From Eledone cirrhosa (lineage: Eukaryota), in contig OZ024742.1 of the NCBI GenBank assembly GCA_964016885.1, forward strand, positions 295,554,001 to 295,618,000: DNA of 64,000 nucleotides, in the 5' to 3' direction. Each line of letters opens with the position of its first letter. Position 1 is the stretch's first letter. Made by a program: the position numbers and the translations under genes. Under the pieces are notes generated by a model. The model saw only the letters and a program-made list of their open reading frames with translations. It had not been told where the DNA came from and searched no databases. Positions 1 to 13,445 of the stretch are shown here, piece after piece.

Positions 1-406
1 AAATTTCATGATGACTGCTTTTCTCTTTTTCATAAATTAATTAAAAGAACGAGTGAAAGAATTCAAATGAAAAGGAGAGAATAATGATTTATAGATTATA
101 GGGTCAGGCAGGATTAATAGTTTGATGAACAAAGGTTAGAAGATCAAATCTAAGTTTTTAAAACATTTTTTGTTTGTTATTAAATTATATATATATATAT
201 AATTGGAAATTTAGTAAAATCGAATCTCTGGCTGTTTGCAAGCAAATTCGGCCTACTTATATGAAATGATGAGTTAGCAAAGCACTCGATAAGTTAGGTC
301 CTTAGAGTAATAACATACGTTTAAATAGCTTGACAAATCGAACATTGTGGTAGGCAAAATCTAACACAATAATATACCAAAGTAACGATAGAACTAACTA
401 GTTGAG

Positions 407-463
<57 letters not shown>

Positions 464-1062
464 AATAACATTACAAATTGCTCACAATTCTTTCAGAATA
501 ACATTACAAATTTAATGTTGTTGATAAACGCATAAAAAGCAAATACAATTAACTATTGCTAAGAACCTCACAAAAACAACACATCTAAATATATGATCAG
601 AGCGATAGAAAAAGAAGGGGAGGGGGAAGACAAAAACGACCATCAATTCAACACCAAGTTTGACAATCGGCCATACATCCCATTGAATAATATGATCAAT
701 ATATAACATATATACGTGTGTAAAAGTTGATCACATGTTAGAGTCAAACCTTATTTTTTGTCAAAAATATGTATTTTTCTATATAAAGTATATTATTAAT
801 ATTTTACATATATTAATATATTACATATATTTTTCTGCTAAAAGTAGATCCTAGTTCTTCAGAGATAACAAATCTACATTTGTGAGTCAAAGTATTATCC
901 TGAATAAAATGTTACGACATGGAAATTCATTTTTCTGTGTTCTGATGACTGCAAGTAGAAATATTTTCAATATTTTCCATTTGATACACAGACTTATTTA
1001 TCTGTTTTGGAAATACAAAGTGTATTTTGATGCATAAAAACATTGGTATTATTATTATAATT

Positions 1063-1286
1063 AGAGCAGTGGATTAGCAGAACAAGTAGAGCGTCAGACA
1101 ACATGCTTTTACCGCATACAGTCGTGGCCCTATACATTCTGAGTTCAAATCCTGCTGAGGTTAGCTTTGCCTTTAATCCTTACTGGGTCGATAAAATAAA
1201 CTACCAGTAGCACACTGGGGTCGATTAAATCGTCTTTCCACCCCACCAGAATTGTTGGCCTTGTGCCTAAATATGAAACCATTATT
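1063..1286 (+). mobile_element. tRNA-derived SINE, family A
   Basis: Degenerate pol III A box, B box GAGTTCAAATCC, conserved body CTTTGCCTTT.ATCCTTAC.GGGTCGATAAAATAAA, tail GGCCTTGTGCCTAAA..GAAAC.ATTATT; more than 10 related copies in the window. Confidence 0.85.
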
Positions 1287-1938
1287 ATTATTATAATTAA
1301 TTGTTTATTATTATTTATATTTAATTGAGAGTCTATTTGTGTATTTGTTAATTGATAGAGTATTTTGAATAGTAGTGTTAATTTTAGTCCTTAGAATGTA
1401 GCATCATTTAACTCCAAAAAAATAGTCTAAAATGATTTGAACTTTACATGAGTATATGTATGGTAAAACATATAATTTGAGTGGCTGGAACACAATGTAA
1501 CTCTTAATATCTTCTAATGGTTTAGCAATAACCAGGTGTGTTAATTCAAATTTCTATAATATCTTTATTAGGAGACATATATTTGCAATATTAAAGTAAA
1601 GACTTTAACTTCAAATGTGATACAGTCTCATTATGATGTTTTGTATTTTTGAGAATGTTTTGCTAATGCAGTTTCATGTGGAACAGAATGTTAAGAGTCA
1701 ATAAGTGAAAAGAAATTAACAAAAAATAACTACTGCCATAAAACAATGTGGATAAAAATGTAATCATTATAATAAATATATCAGTAGCATTGTTTTCTTT
1801 TAATTACAAATTAATTAAAAACACCAGTTTTCCCTGTTATAGCATGTAGATGACTGTGCATGTCTTCTCTACTTTTCCTTTGACTTATTTTTCATTGAAT
1901 TGTTTCTTTTGTAAAACATATTTATTATAAATTGTTTG

Positions 1939-1972
<34 letters not shown>

Positions 1973-3044
1973 AAGTAAATAAAAATAACTAAAATTTATT
2001 AAATTATTCTATTGAAATTCTGAGCTGATTATTACAACTCCTATCCTTACACTGTTTCTCATTACCATCCACATTAACGGAAATAGAATATTGTTTTCAT
2101 TATATAAAACTATAAAACCAACTTCCATTGTCTTACTCAGGCATATATATATATATATACATACACACACACACATATATATATATACCCACTCTACATC
2201 ACACCATGTATCGAGTACTACTCTGATTTGTGGTCTTCCTGATCCTCATATCTTAAATTCTATCTATATATATAATATATATATTCGTTGCCTTATATGG
2301 TTGTATTATCAACGTAATGCACTGGGTAATTGCTGGCCTTGTGCCTAAAGTAGAAACAATTATCAACTATCAGCTCGTCTGAACTATATATATATAAATG
2401 AAAAGTATAAATGAATATATATACACATACATGGGTAAAACAATATATATATGTCTTATTTTCCTCAATATTAAATTTTCCAACATATTCTAAAGTTAAA
2501 TTTCCTAACATATTCGATTCTCATGTTATAAATCAATCAATGAAATGATTGATTCCTCTTGCTGGGATCTTAATTCCCCCACTCTTCTGCCTTCTTCCAT
2601 AATTTTCTTAATATGATTAATAAAACAAAAATAATATAATTAAATTTCACATTATTATTTAATTATTGAATGCAATCTGTACATTTAGAGCATATCTGAG
2701 AACAATAATTAAGATAAAAATTAAATAGGTCCTGGTATAACTGTATGTTTGAAGTGTTCTCATTGTAGCCAGATGGTCCTGGGTTCAGTTCTGCATAGCA
2801 CCTTGGGCACATGCATGCATGCATACATGATGGCTTTCCCCTTGTTATCGAGTATGGCCATTGCACAATATAACATTATTAATAATTATTAATTAATTCT
2901 ATCATGCAATACCTGTGCGTGAAGATTTTTTTAAAAGTGAAGAAAGACTGTGCACTGAGCCAATCTCAGTCTCTGAGCAACAGTAGCTATAACCTGAAAA
3001 GAAGAAATGATCAACATCATCGGTAACTACTGAGCCACAGGTTT

Positions 3045-3424
3045 TGTTTTGGAGTTATCCCAGTTTTCTGAGTTGCCTTCTCCTAGAAGAATGCTTTGAC
3101 AAAGGCTAGGGATCCTTCACTTACAGTGGTTTAACCGCGCGATCGGGTATCCGGCCTGATGTCCCCATGCATATACATACACATGTATATACATACACAC
3201 ATATATACACATGTATATACATATTTACACATTATTGGATGGCCGTTGACTCCTATGAGTTCTTCCCCCCTTTGTCAGGTTTTGTTTTTTGTCCTGCAGG
3301 GTGTCCAAAATCACCCTGCTCACCAAGTAAACTTGGTGGGGTTGCCGGTTAGTTGCCGACGACCCAACCATGCGACAGGTTGTACTGGGTTACATGTTAC
3401 CAGTAGCACTCGAGAGTGACCCGA
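3045..3424 (-). mobile_element. Probable non-LTR retrotransposon 5' UTR fragment
   Basis: GC/CpG-rich island; the minus strand has GGTTGGGTCGTCGGCAACTAACCGGCAACCCCACC and TCTAGGAGAAGGCAACTC, resembling RTE/R4-type 5' UTRs; interrupted by a CATA-rich tract. Confidence 0.4.
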
Positions 3425-3443
3425 CATACACATACATACATAC

Positions 3444-3839
3444 ATGAAAGAGTACTGGCGGAATGTTCGAGTAAAAACCCCAATAAAATGCAAGCATAAC
3501 AGACCAGATACAATGATATGGGACAGGGAAAAGAAAGCATACCCAGTAGTGGAAGTTAGCTGCCCAGCAGACGCCAATATAATATCAAAGATTAGTGAAA
3601 AGGAGAATATTTATGCAGAACTAATGAGAAATCTGCAAATACTCCACCCTGATTATACCTTCAGATTTATACCTGTGATTATTGGGGCACTGGGATATGT
3701 TAGTAACTGCCTCAATACAAATCTTGAGAAGTCGGGCTTCACAGGAACAGAAAGAGCACAACTAGTTAGGAAATTACAAGTACAATCCATTAATGGAACA
3801 GTAAAAATATGTAAAACATTCCAAAAATGTTGTATCTAA
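3444..3839 (+). pseudogene. C-terminal restriction-like endonuclease (PD-(D/E)xK) domain of an R4/Dong-like LINE, 5'-truncated
   Basis: HNRPDTMIWD..K....VEVSCP.D.N....EK...Y.EL...IPVIIGALG, the RLE motif pattern of R4/Dong-type elements. Confidence 0.85.
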
Positions 3840-4077
3840 TAACTGATGTACACATGTACAGATACAAAGCATATGCACATGCACACATACAACTCAAAAC
3901 ATACACATCCACACATACAATAACAACCATATCTACACATGCATGCATGCAGACATGCATACATATCTACCTAGTTGATGTTGTGTAAATTCCAATGAGA
4001 GAGTCTTGTAACTATGTTAGAAACCGACTCTCTCTCTATTGGCAAAAATTTGTGAAATTATAAAACCAGAAGAACAG
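3447..4077 (+). mobile_element. 5'-truncated R4/Dong-like LINE with 3' UTR, inserted in (CATA)n
   Basis: Flanked by identical ACATACATACATACATG at 3430-3446 and 4078-4094. Confidence 0.75.
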
Positions 4078-4100
4078 ACATACATACATACATGTTTGTG

Positions 4101-4218
4101 AAGGCACGGGGCTGAGTAGTTTGTGAATTGGATTCTCAATCGTGTGGTTGTGAGTTTGATTCCCGAACTGGGTGATGCATTATGTCCTTGAGCAAGACAC
4201 TTTATTTTACATTGCACC
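4101..4218 (+). mobile_element. tRNA-derived SINE, family B, partial
   Basis: A/B-box-like head followed by TGTCCTTGAGCAAGACACTTTATTT, a CORE/V-like central motif. Confidence 0.75.
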
Positions 4219-4225
4219 TTCTACA

Positions 4226-4580
4226 AGGAGATGTGACCGATAGATAGTATTAGCAATTGGAAAAACCAATGGAAACATTGTTTTGTCGGTCCAATTTGAG
4301 AAAAGTCGATCAGCTGTTGATATATATATATATTTCAAAATGGCTGACTGAATATGCATGTGGGTCCCCCCCCCCCCCCCTGTTTTTTTTCTCATTCTTT
4401 TCCCGTTACTTTCTATTTTCACTCTTTATCTTTCTATTTTATATTTTATTTCTAACTATCTTCTTATGAAGAACTAGTGTCCAAAATGTTAAGACTCTTT
4501 TTCTGCTATTTCAAGCGTTAAACTAATATATTTCTTTAATGAACTGTGTCGTTTGCTTTGTTATTTCTGTTTACTTTTTA
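4226..4580 (+). mobile_element. Putative PLE-derived non-coding remnant with decayed hammerhead
   Basis: TCTT-ATGAAGA-ACTAGTGTCC-AAAA-TGTT-AAGA at 4462-4494 keeps HHR spacing and a stem I but has core mutations; ends in a TA-rich tract. Confidence 0.35.
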
Positions 4581-5109
4581 CATATATATATGTGTGTGTA
4601 AGCACATGGGATTTAGAATACAGCGGTGACTGAAAACTTTGAAAATAGAATTAGAAGCTTCCATCATATTTTGACTAAAGAAAATAATCTAAAAATGGGG
4701 CATATGAACCTACATAACAGAAAAATATGGGCATTAACATGCATGGGAAGAACTCACACCTCCTATTGTCCGGATAAGTGTGCTAAACCAATTACACCAA
4801 CATGCCCGCCATATTTTTCTCAGCTAAATCTAAAAGCTATAAAGTTAATACTGGTATATATGTAAGGGGTGAGGTATATAAGAGGTGTGTGTTCCTGCTG
4901 CTGAGCATTCTATAGACGTGTGTACTCTCAATGTAGTTCTCAGAGTGATTCAACATGATGCTGTGATATGGCTGGCCCATTGAATTACAGGTACAACCTA
5001 TTTTTCATAGCTGAGTGGACTGGAGCAATGTGAAAGAAAGTGCTTGATCAAAGGCACAATGCACTGCTGAGAATAGAACTAACAGTTTTACAATTATGAG
5101 TAAAATATT

Positions 5110-5329
5110 TTAACCCTTTAGCATTTAAACCAGCTGTATCCGGCTAGAATTCTTTCACCTTTTTCTATTCAAACCGGTCATAACTGGCCACTCATTAGGT
5201 ATTGTTCTCAAAATAAATAATATCAAAATCTCATAGATTCGATATTATGTAAGATGATTATGTGAAGTAAAGCTTTTACCATGAAAATACAATAGTATAT
5301 ATAGAGCAATACAAATGCTAAAAGGTTAA
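5110..5329. mobile_element. piggyBac-like MITE
   Basis: TTAA|CCCTTTAGCATT ... AATGCTAAAAGG|TTAA: terminal inverted repeats with TTAA target duplication. Confidence 0.75.
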
Positions 5330-5723
5330 CTATTAATCTTCAATAAAAGCATAATGGTATTACCAAGGTAAGCAGCATTCAGCTCTTATCCTGACAGATA
5401 AAAAGATCTAGTTTCAGTAATCATTAGTTGACTGATTTCAATATAATCTATATCTAAATTAAACAAAATTAAACATTGGAGGAAATTATTAGTTTTCATT
5501 AAAATTAATGATAATAACAAAATAATATGTTTGAAAGTGGTATTGAAATTTTCGAAGAGTTCAGAAATAAATAGTTCAATCAGCAACGGAAATCTTTCAT
5601 TTTTTGTGTCTTTAATGACTTTTCAAGAAAAATATTGTATTACACACGTATTTTTAGATATTTTCACCTTTTTTTAAATATATATTTCAAATGTAGTTAA
5701 CTGCAAATATATGTGCATATCTG

Positions 5724-5782
<59 letters not shown>

Positions 5783-5787
<5 letters not shown>

Positions 5788-5893
5788 AAAAAGTATGACC
5801 CCAACGGCAGAGCTCAAGCCGTTTTGACGGCTATTTCTGAAATAGCCGTCAAAACGCCTTGAGCTCTGCCGTCGGGGTCATACTTTTTCCTAT
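5783..5893. repeat. Near-perfect palindrome (55-bp arms, 1-nt loop)
   Basis: 5783-5837 is the reverse complement of 5839-5893 with 2 mismatches; lies between (TA)n tracts. Confidence 0.95.
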
Positions 5894-5969
5894 TTCCCAC
5901 TCTACTACCCTAAGTATTGAGTACTCTGGTGTGTTATGGTCCATCTGGTTCCTTACCACAATTCCTTTG

Positions 5970-6009
<40 letters not shown>

Positions 6010-6090
6010 GTTATTCCGGGTTGAATCGGAGGTAACCACAGTAAGTAAGGTACTCAATACATAGCAGAGTATAACAGTTTTAATATAGAA

Positions 6091-6141
6091 GAGATTCTAC
6101 AGGACTAGAACTGTTTCATTCATTAGAAATCATCAGGAATC
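6091..6141 (-). ncRNA. Type I hammerhead ribozyme (inverted copy)
   Basis: Reverse complement of 6176-6226. Confidence 0.7.
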
Positions 6142-6173
6142 GCATGTAGGTATGTAGGTATGTATGTATCTTA

Positions 6174-6226
6174 GAGATTCCTGATGATTTCTAATGAATG
6201 AAACAGTTCTAGTCCTGTAGAATCTC
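6174..6226 (+). ncRNA. Type I hammerhead ribozyme
   Basis: Stem I GAGATTC/GAATCTC; core CTGATGA (6181-87); stem II TTC-TAAT-GAA; GAAA (6200-03); stem III CAG/CTG; cleavage triplet GTA (6217-19). Confidence 0.75.
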
Positions 6227-8274
6227 TTCTATATTAAAACTATATATATATATATATATATATATAAAGTGCTCATGGCTCAGAGACCTAAGAAGACCAC
6301 AGACCAGGGTAGTGCTCAAGTGCTCAATGTATGTTAAGGTGTAGTGTAGATATAGATAGATGTAAGGTATAATTTCAACAGAGAGCTCTGACTGTTTGGC
6401 CTGATAGCTAGCTGAAATGAAGAAGACTGTACTTTGAGACAATATCCCCCTTCACACTCCCTATATATATATATATATATATATATGATGCCCCTTTAAA
6501 GGTCATTATCTCAGGGAAAATGTTATATATAAATGGTCTGTAATTGCAGTAAATAGTATAAACTATTATATTGCTGCCACTTCTGACTCATTTAAGAACA
6601 GTGCTATTTGCACTTACATTACTTTAAGAATGAAAATAAGAAAACGTTTACTTAATTTGCACAAAGTATTTAGATTTTACACACCTCTAATACTTAGTAT
6701 AGCCTTCAGTGGTTTGTTATTAACACAGCTAAACCTTACAAAGTTGGAAGGTCAGAATGTAATTTATGTCTAAATGAAGCTTTCGAAATAACTATGTCTA
6801 GCTCTAGACTACTGAAAAAAAAAATGAGGTCATTATTTCTTGAATGTATAAATTTCCATTTTCTTTTTTTTTAAATATTGTATATGATCCAACATGAGCT
6901 TGATTGGTTTTTCCACTCTAGGGAATTATGTTAATGTCATAGTTAAAATCTAAGTTTATTTCCCAAATGTTTTTATAACCAAACTCTTTTAATATGCACC
7001 CCGCCTCCTCCCACATCACGTTTTAATTGAGAGTATATGAGTATTCTAATTGATAATGTATATGTTCTATTTTTCTTGGTTTAGTAATTTAATATAATAT
7101 TTTGAAATATTTAGCTCTCTCTCTCTCATATATATATATGTGTATATATATAAATATATTTTGTTTTTTAATTATATATAACAATATAATTATCCTAATA
7201 ACTTTATCATATTTCATCTTTTATTTCATCTTAATTTTAATTTCATTTGAATTCTAAATAGAGGTAGATAATTGCACTTTCATTACTAACTGATTATTAT
7301 TTAAGTAAAATTTATGTACGTACATATGTATGTAGGTATGTATGTATCTTAGAAAATGTGGAAATCTCAAATGCAGAAAATAACTGTAATCATAGTTAAT
7401 TACTATAAATAATAGTTTAGTAAATCAGGAAAAATTCCTCTATGGACAGAAAAAAGTGGCCAGCAGCTCTAATATATACCTATTATTTTATGTATATGCA
7501 TATAATCATATTAAATCTTTTACTTTTAACCTATCATTCTCTCTCTCTATATATACACATGAGTGTGTGTGTATATATATATATATATATTTAATTTTAT
7601 GTCTGATCATGTGGTAATTAATTCTAAACTACTATTAGCATAAATAGTTTTAATATATCTCATAATTAAATCAAATTAACTTCCCCCCAAATTTTATGAC
7701 TAAACTCTTTGAATATAGTCGTTTATTCCACATCACTTTCTAATTTGAAATTTTACTAATATAATACTTTACGAATTGAAATATTTGATTCCCTTATGGG
7801 TTACCTATTTGCATATAAGAATAATTTAATATTCCTGTAGAAACTTAACTTCATTTGAATCCTTATCATAATAAATAATTATAACCTCATTAATACATTA
7901 TACTTTAAGAAAAAATGCCTGCCTGCCTCTCTCTCTCTTTACAATTGTCTTACCATTTCATAAATACTGTTTATTAAAGGAATGAATAATTTACATTGTT
8001 ATATTTGTTATATTTTCACTGATGTCTCTTCTAATTTTGTCAGTTAAATTTTCAATTGATAGATTACGATGCAAACAATAAATTAATAATCTTACAGAAT
8101 GAAAATATACACATAAATAATATGGATATACATTTATCAAAATATATATAGACATATATATATGTCAGTATATATATATAGGATTGATAGTTTAGTCACA
8201 GATAAACCAACAATGTAAGAAGTTCTGGGTTACATATGTACATACATTTACACACGCACACAATATATATATAT

Positions 8275-8456
8275 CATCATGTTCCTGCAACTGGTTTTGC
8301 CAGCTGTTGGGGTGACACACTCTAGACGCTTTCATAGTCAGTTGTTGCTACTGGTCTCTATCATGTGTAGAAGGGTCTCAGTGTTGGACAAGGATTATCT
8401 TTGCCTGTCTCGACTATGCTCTGAAGGATGGTTTTAGACAAGGAGTTGTGGCCAGA
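8275..8456 (-). mobile_element. RTE/BovB-like LINE 3' fragment
   Basis: Minus strand encodes HNSLSKTILQS.VE (compare RTE K.ILQG.VEG) and ends in a short TGA repeat. Confidence 0.55.
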
Positions 8457-9261
8457 CATACATATATATAAATCTCTTCAGGTATATCAAAAACATGACA
8501 AGCTCCCTAGTGCTGGTGCTATGATAAATACATAGAGCACAATCTTTAAAGTGTCGGAATGTATGTAAGCATGATGTAGCCCCTAGCCTGTCTGAGAGGC
8601 CATAGCTCCAATTAAGTACTGAATTTGTCTGTGATGATCTTTGCAAGCCTTGCTAGTAGAGAAAATGTAATATGATGATGGTATATGTCACTAGCACTAG
8701 ATCAACCACTATGCTACCAAACCTGTTTGTTTTTATGTGGGACATAAACAATTGCTACCGCAGGCTTTATTAATGGTGTTGATATGACGTTTTTGTGTTG
8801 TTTTCTTTTGAATGGCTAAAATGATTCGTCTATGATGTAATTGCTTTAGTTTCAACAGTCTTAAATTAAGTTACTTGCAAAACAAGTAAAACTAAAAAAT
8901 TTCATTTAAACAAATCTCTTAACGTTATCTTTATTTTAATTATTTATTTTTCTACCCCAAAAGATTGAAACTAAATTGGTTCTAAAATAGATAAAGGAAC
9001 TTTGATATTAACTAGAGCTGAGCAGTGACAAAACACACCTGTTCTTTAATAAGGCATTTAACTTAGAGATGTAAACATTATTTATTAAGAAAACTACACT
9101 AAAGCATGTATATAAAAAGTAATCTAGAAAGGCAATTTGGAGTATCACTTCAAACTTGTTTCATAAATTAAAACTAAGTCAGTAGAATGCTTTCAGTTGA
9201 TGCTGATACCAAGGTAAGGTGAATGGGTAGATTTGTTAGAGCATGAATTTGAAGTGCAGGT

Positions 9262-9480
9262 TTGATTGCTGGGTAAAGAAATTCCAGTGGAAAGTAACCA
9301 CAGTAGAGGAAGACCAAGGAAGACGTGGGAAGAGGTATTGAGGGTTGATCTCAAATTGTTGAAGATCACAGAGGAGTTGACAAAGGAATGTGACAAGTTG
9401 AGAGATACTCTGCTGAAAATAACTCGTTCAACACATGCTAGCATGGAACAGTGTATGCAAAATGATGATGAATTATGATT
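9262..9480 (+). mobile_element. RTE LINE 3' fragment
   Basis: RGRPRKTWEEVLRVDL, the RTE C-terminal motif, followed by the CATGCTAGCATGGAA...(TGA)n tail. Confidence 0.8.
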
Positions 9481-9616
9481 ATATATATATATACTGCCAG
9501 ATACAGTTCTATATGAGTGAGACACGGTCACCCGATCAATCTTGCCTCAAGTGGGACAATTCCCGTCTAACCAATGCTAGCGTGGAAGATAGACATTAAA
9601 TGATGATGATGATGAT

Positions 9617-9654
<38 letters not shown>

Positions 9655-9656
9655 AG

Positions 9657-9767
9657 TCCTGGGTTCAATTGGGAGTAACCACAGTTAGTAAGCTATTATA
9701 AAGCTATTATAAAGTGTAAGCATGGCTTCTACAGGACTAGAACTGTTTCATTCAAAAGAAATCATCA
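9657..9767 (-). mobile_element. Second copy of the HHR-bearing short element at 6011-6141
   Basis: GTAACCACAGT.AGTAAG and TTCTACAGGACTAGAACTGTTTCATTCA..AGAAATCATCA are shared with 6032-6135; truncated at the HHR core; flanked by (TG)n and TA. Confidence 0.75.
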
Positions 9768-10511
9768 TATATATGTGAATATATATATGGATAGAGAAAA
9801 GGAGAGAGAGAATTTGTGAGAGGGTTAGTGAGTGAGAGAGAGCAATAGAATATGACAAAGCAAAATGTTCCATTTGAGATCTAATAATTGTTGTCAATGT
9901 AATTCCAAAATACACACAAAGTATAAATAGATAAATAGAAATAAAATATGAAATTATGAAAATTATTAAAGACAAGTAAATGAAACAAAAAAATATTTAA
10001 TTATATCTAAATAAGTATTAAATGTATAACATTTGAAATGTGTGCATCCCAATACGAATGACCATAATAATATTTCAAATTTCCCCAATTGCTTTGAATT
10101 CAATATTTGAAAACAAGTAGGTACAGTTATGGCTGTGTGCTTAATAAGTTCGATTTTGAATTATATGGTTTAGGGTTCAATTCCAGTGCTTGGGATTTCA
10201 CTAAGTATCTTTTACAATAGCTTTTACAGGAAATCTTTTGTGAGTAAATTTGGTAGACAGAAACTTTGAGAATGCCCATTGTGTGCATATGCATGAATGT
10301 GTGTGTGTGTGTGTTGGTCTATATATCTTCACATGTATGTATGGTCCCGTAACTCCTGATAGAGTCGTAGGGGGAATGTATTGACATAGCGTTTCTTGGG
10401 CATTTTAAGCATGGTGAGCCCATCCCTCTCCAGGCCTGAGTACTGTAGATTTCTTCCAGAGAAAGATAGAAAGTGTGAGAGAGGAAATGAGGAAGAGATA
10501 TGGAGGAAGAA

Positions 10512-10668
10512 TAGACCCCAGTATTACACTGGTACTTTTTTTTATCGACCTCGAAAAGTATTGAAGCAAAGTTGACCTCGGTGGGATTTGAACTCAGAGA
10601 ACAGAGAGCCAGAACGAACACCACAAAGCCTTCTATCTGACATTCTAAGAACTCTGCCAATTCACTGG
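10512..10668 (-). mobile_element. tRNA-derived SINE, family A
   Basis: CTGGTACT...TTTATCGACC...GCAAAGTTGACCTCGGTGGGATTTGAACTC, the reverse complement of the family A body and B box. Confidence 0.8.
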
Positions 10669-12667
10669 CTATATATCTTCACATAGACACCATTTAGAGA
10701 ATGCTGTGGTGTTTGTTTATGTCCAGCATAAACAACACATGCTGCTGCTAACTATTTCAATGTAGATGAGAAATATATGATGTACTAAAAAAATGACGAA
10801 TATAGGTTGATGTCAGGAAAGACTGACAGAATATTGGCTCAAAATACCATTCCTCACAGTCTCTGTTTAACAAGCATCTACAAGGCATACAAGGCATTGA
10901 TTGGTATGAGGCTATAGTAGAAAATAATTTCTCAAGGTGTCATTCAATGGCACTGCTGAACCCCAAACCATGTGGTTCCAAAATGAAGTTCTTAACCACA
11001 CAGTCATGCCTGCATCTAAAATACAAAATGAGTAAAATATAATTTACCTTGGTCCAGTGTTTATAAACTATTATATGACCAGCTTGCATTTGGTAAATTT
11101 GAAGATGGCATCTTGCTATTAGTTTATATTTGCCCACAGTTAAGAACTGAAGTCATAGCTCTTATATCCAGGTTGTATGGAGGGTTGTTAGTCTGTCAGT
11201 CACTTTACTTCTTTTTTTAAATACACTTGATTGTTGTTCAGATGAAATGCATCTATAGAAAAGAAAGAAAAATAATTGTAAAATTATAAATTTATCAATT
11301 TAACTCCTTACATCCTGTAATTATTAAACAGAAAATATTTAAAAATGGGTTTGTTAATTCATGTTTAAAACTTGCAATATTATTGTAAGGATTACAGACT
11401 TTAATATGATGTAATCACAATGCTGTTTTATACTTTCAAACAATACTTCGCTAATGTGGTTGTATATATGGTAGAGGGTGTTAAGAGTTAACTATGATAT
11501 CATTAAAAGATAAAGAAGATAACAGTTTTGTTATTGATTCATCCATTTGTCAAATTATGATGATGATGATTATATTAACCAAATATCTTCATTCACATGA
11601 TGACAATTATAGTATAATGTATTCACAAATGTTAGTTCAGAAATAATTGTTTCTACTTTAGGCACAAGGCCAGCAATTACCAGTGCATTACTGGTACTTT
11701 ATTTTATCGACCCCGTAAGGATGAAAGGCAAAGTCAACCTCAGGCAAACAAGGGTATGTAACTCAACTATTTAGAACACACACACACACATTGTTGTGAT
11801 GATATGATGGATTCTCTGTTGGTTTCAACAGACAAACATTCAGTTGTTTAATCAACTAAATGTCCAGCTTGTGAACTAACATGTAAGTGGTTGAGTATTC
11901 CATGATCTGAGACACAACAAAGTGATTTTATATAACTCATATGTTCCATATTTGGCATGGTCTTTATAGTTGGATGCCCTTCCTAATGCTAGCCACTTTA
12001 CAGGGTCTACAGGGAATATTTTTCAAGACACCATGACTGCCACTTTACAGAGTGTACTGGATGTGTTTTTCGTGGCACCAAACTAAACCAAACTAAATAA
12101 TTTATACAGCTTATACTAAGTATTGAAAATAGATCAGTATGTAGAGTAATGGAATTAATTTGGTTTCAAACTGGTTCAACTCTTTGATGTTTAAATAATA
12201 CAATATATAGCCTGAAGATATAATTGGAATTCTTCAATGTGTTTGGCAATAATTCAATGATTGATTTCAAAATCACTTCCAGCAGAGATTAAAGACAAAA
12301 CAATGATATTACAAAGTAATATATAATTCCCTACTTAAAAAACACAAAAAAACAAAACAAATGTTTTAAAAATAAAATGACGATGACGATGATGATGACG
12401 GCGATGACAATGAGAACAGTTGCAACATTAAAACAATGAAACAATGAAAATGATTCTAAAATAATTATTTCACTGTCTGAAGTTAAAACAAATTTCAACA
12501 CAAATCAAAGAACAATTTGTTATTGTTGTTGTTATTCTTCTTGTGTTACCGAAAAGTGACTCTGGTTGAGTAGACATGTGATCAAAAGCATTCCAGCCCT
12601 GACCATAACATTTTCTTTTCAAATATATCATATCCCAATCCAAATGTGTTGTGTGTATCTGGTTTAA

Positions 12668-13008
12668 GGCACATGGCTTAGTGGTTAGAGTGTTGAGCTT
12701 ACAATCATGAGGTTGTCAGTTTGATTCTTGGACCAGGTGATACATTGTGTTCTTGAGCAAGACACTTTATTTCATGTTGTTCCAGTTCACTCAGCTGCAG
12801 AAATGAATTGCGATGTCACTGACTCCAACATGTATCAGGCATTGCTTTTCCTTTGGACAACATCGGTGGCATGGAGAAGGGAGACTGGTATGCATGAGTG
12901 ACTGCTGGTCTTCCACAAAACAACCTTGCCTGGACTTGTGCCTTGGAGGGGAACATTCTCGATGCAAATGCCATGGTCATTCCTGACCGAAGGGGGCCTT
13001 TACTCTAC
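12668..13008 (+). mobile_element. Full-length tRNA-derived SINE, family B
   Basis: A box TGGCTTAGTGG, B-box-like GTTTGATTC, TGTTCTTGAGCAAGACACTTT core; 9-bp target duplication CTGGTTTAA at 12659-67 and 13009-17. Confidence 0.85.
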
Positions 13009-13445
13009 CTGGTTTAAAATAGGTACACTATTGTAAGAGGCAACTAAAAGGGTTGGCACATCTGTGTGTATAATATTGTCTTGAAAAGTATGACGAGTAT
13101 GAAGTTTGTCATAGGGACGGCAATGTTAACCCCAGATTTCACAGAGATGACCTTAAAATGTTTGTTGTATAGTTTACTCCAAACTATTTTATCCGTCATT
13201 ATAATCACCCATCCTCTCTTTGTTTGATTCTCTATCCAGGCATGAGTCAGAGAGGACTTGGGGGGGGGGGGCATTGTTTCATGACTGGATGCCCTTCCTA
13301 CTGCTAACCCTTTCAGACACCTCTTATAACATGCAAGGACATGACATACCTATTAAAAACACTTGGTGTGATTCAAGTCTAATTTGACTGCTATTTCTGC
13401 CAATGACACAAAGGTTCTCTCATTGGTTCAATATCAAATGTAAAC

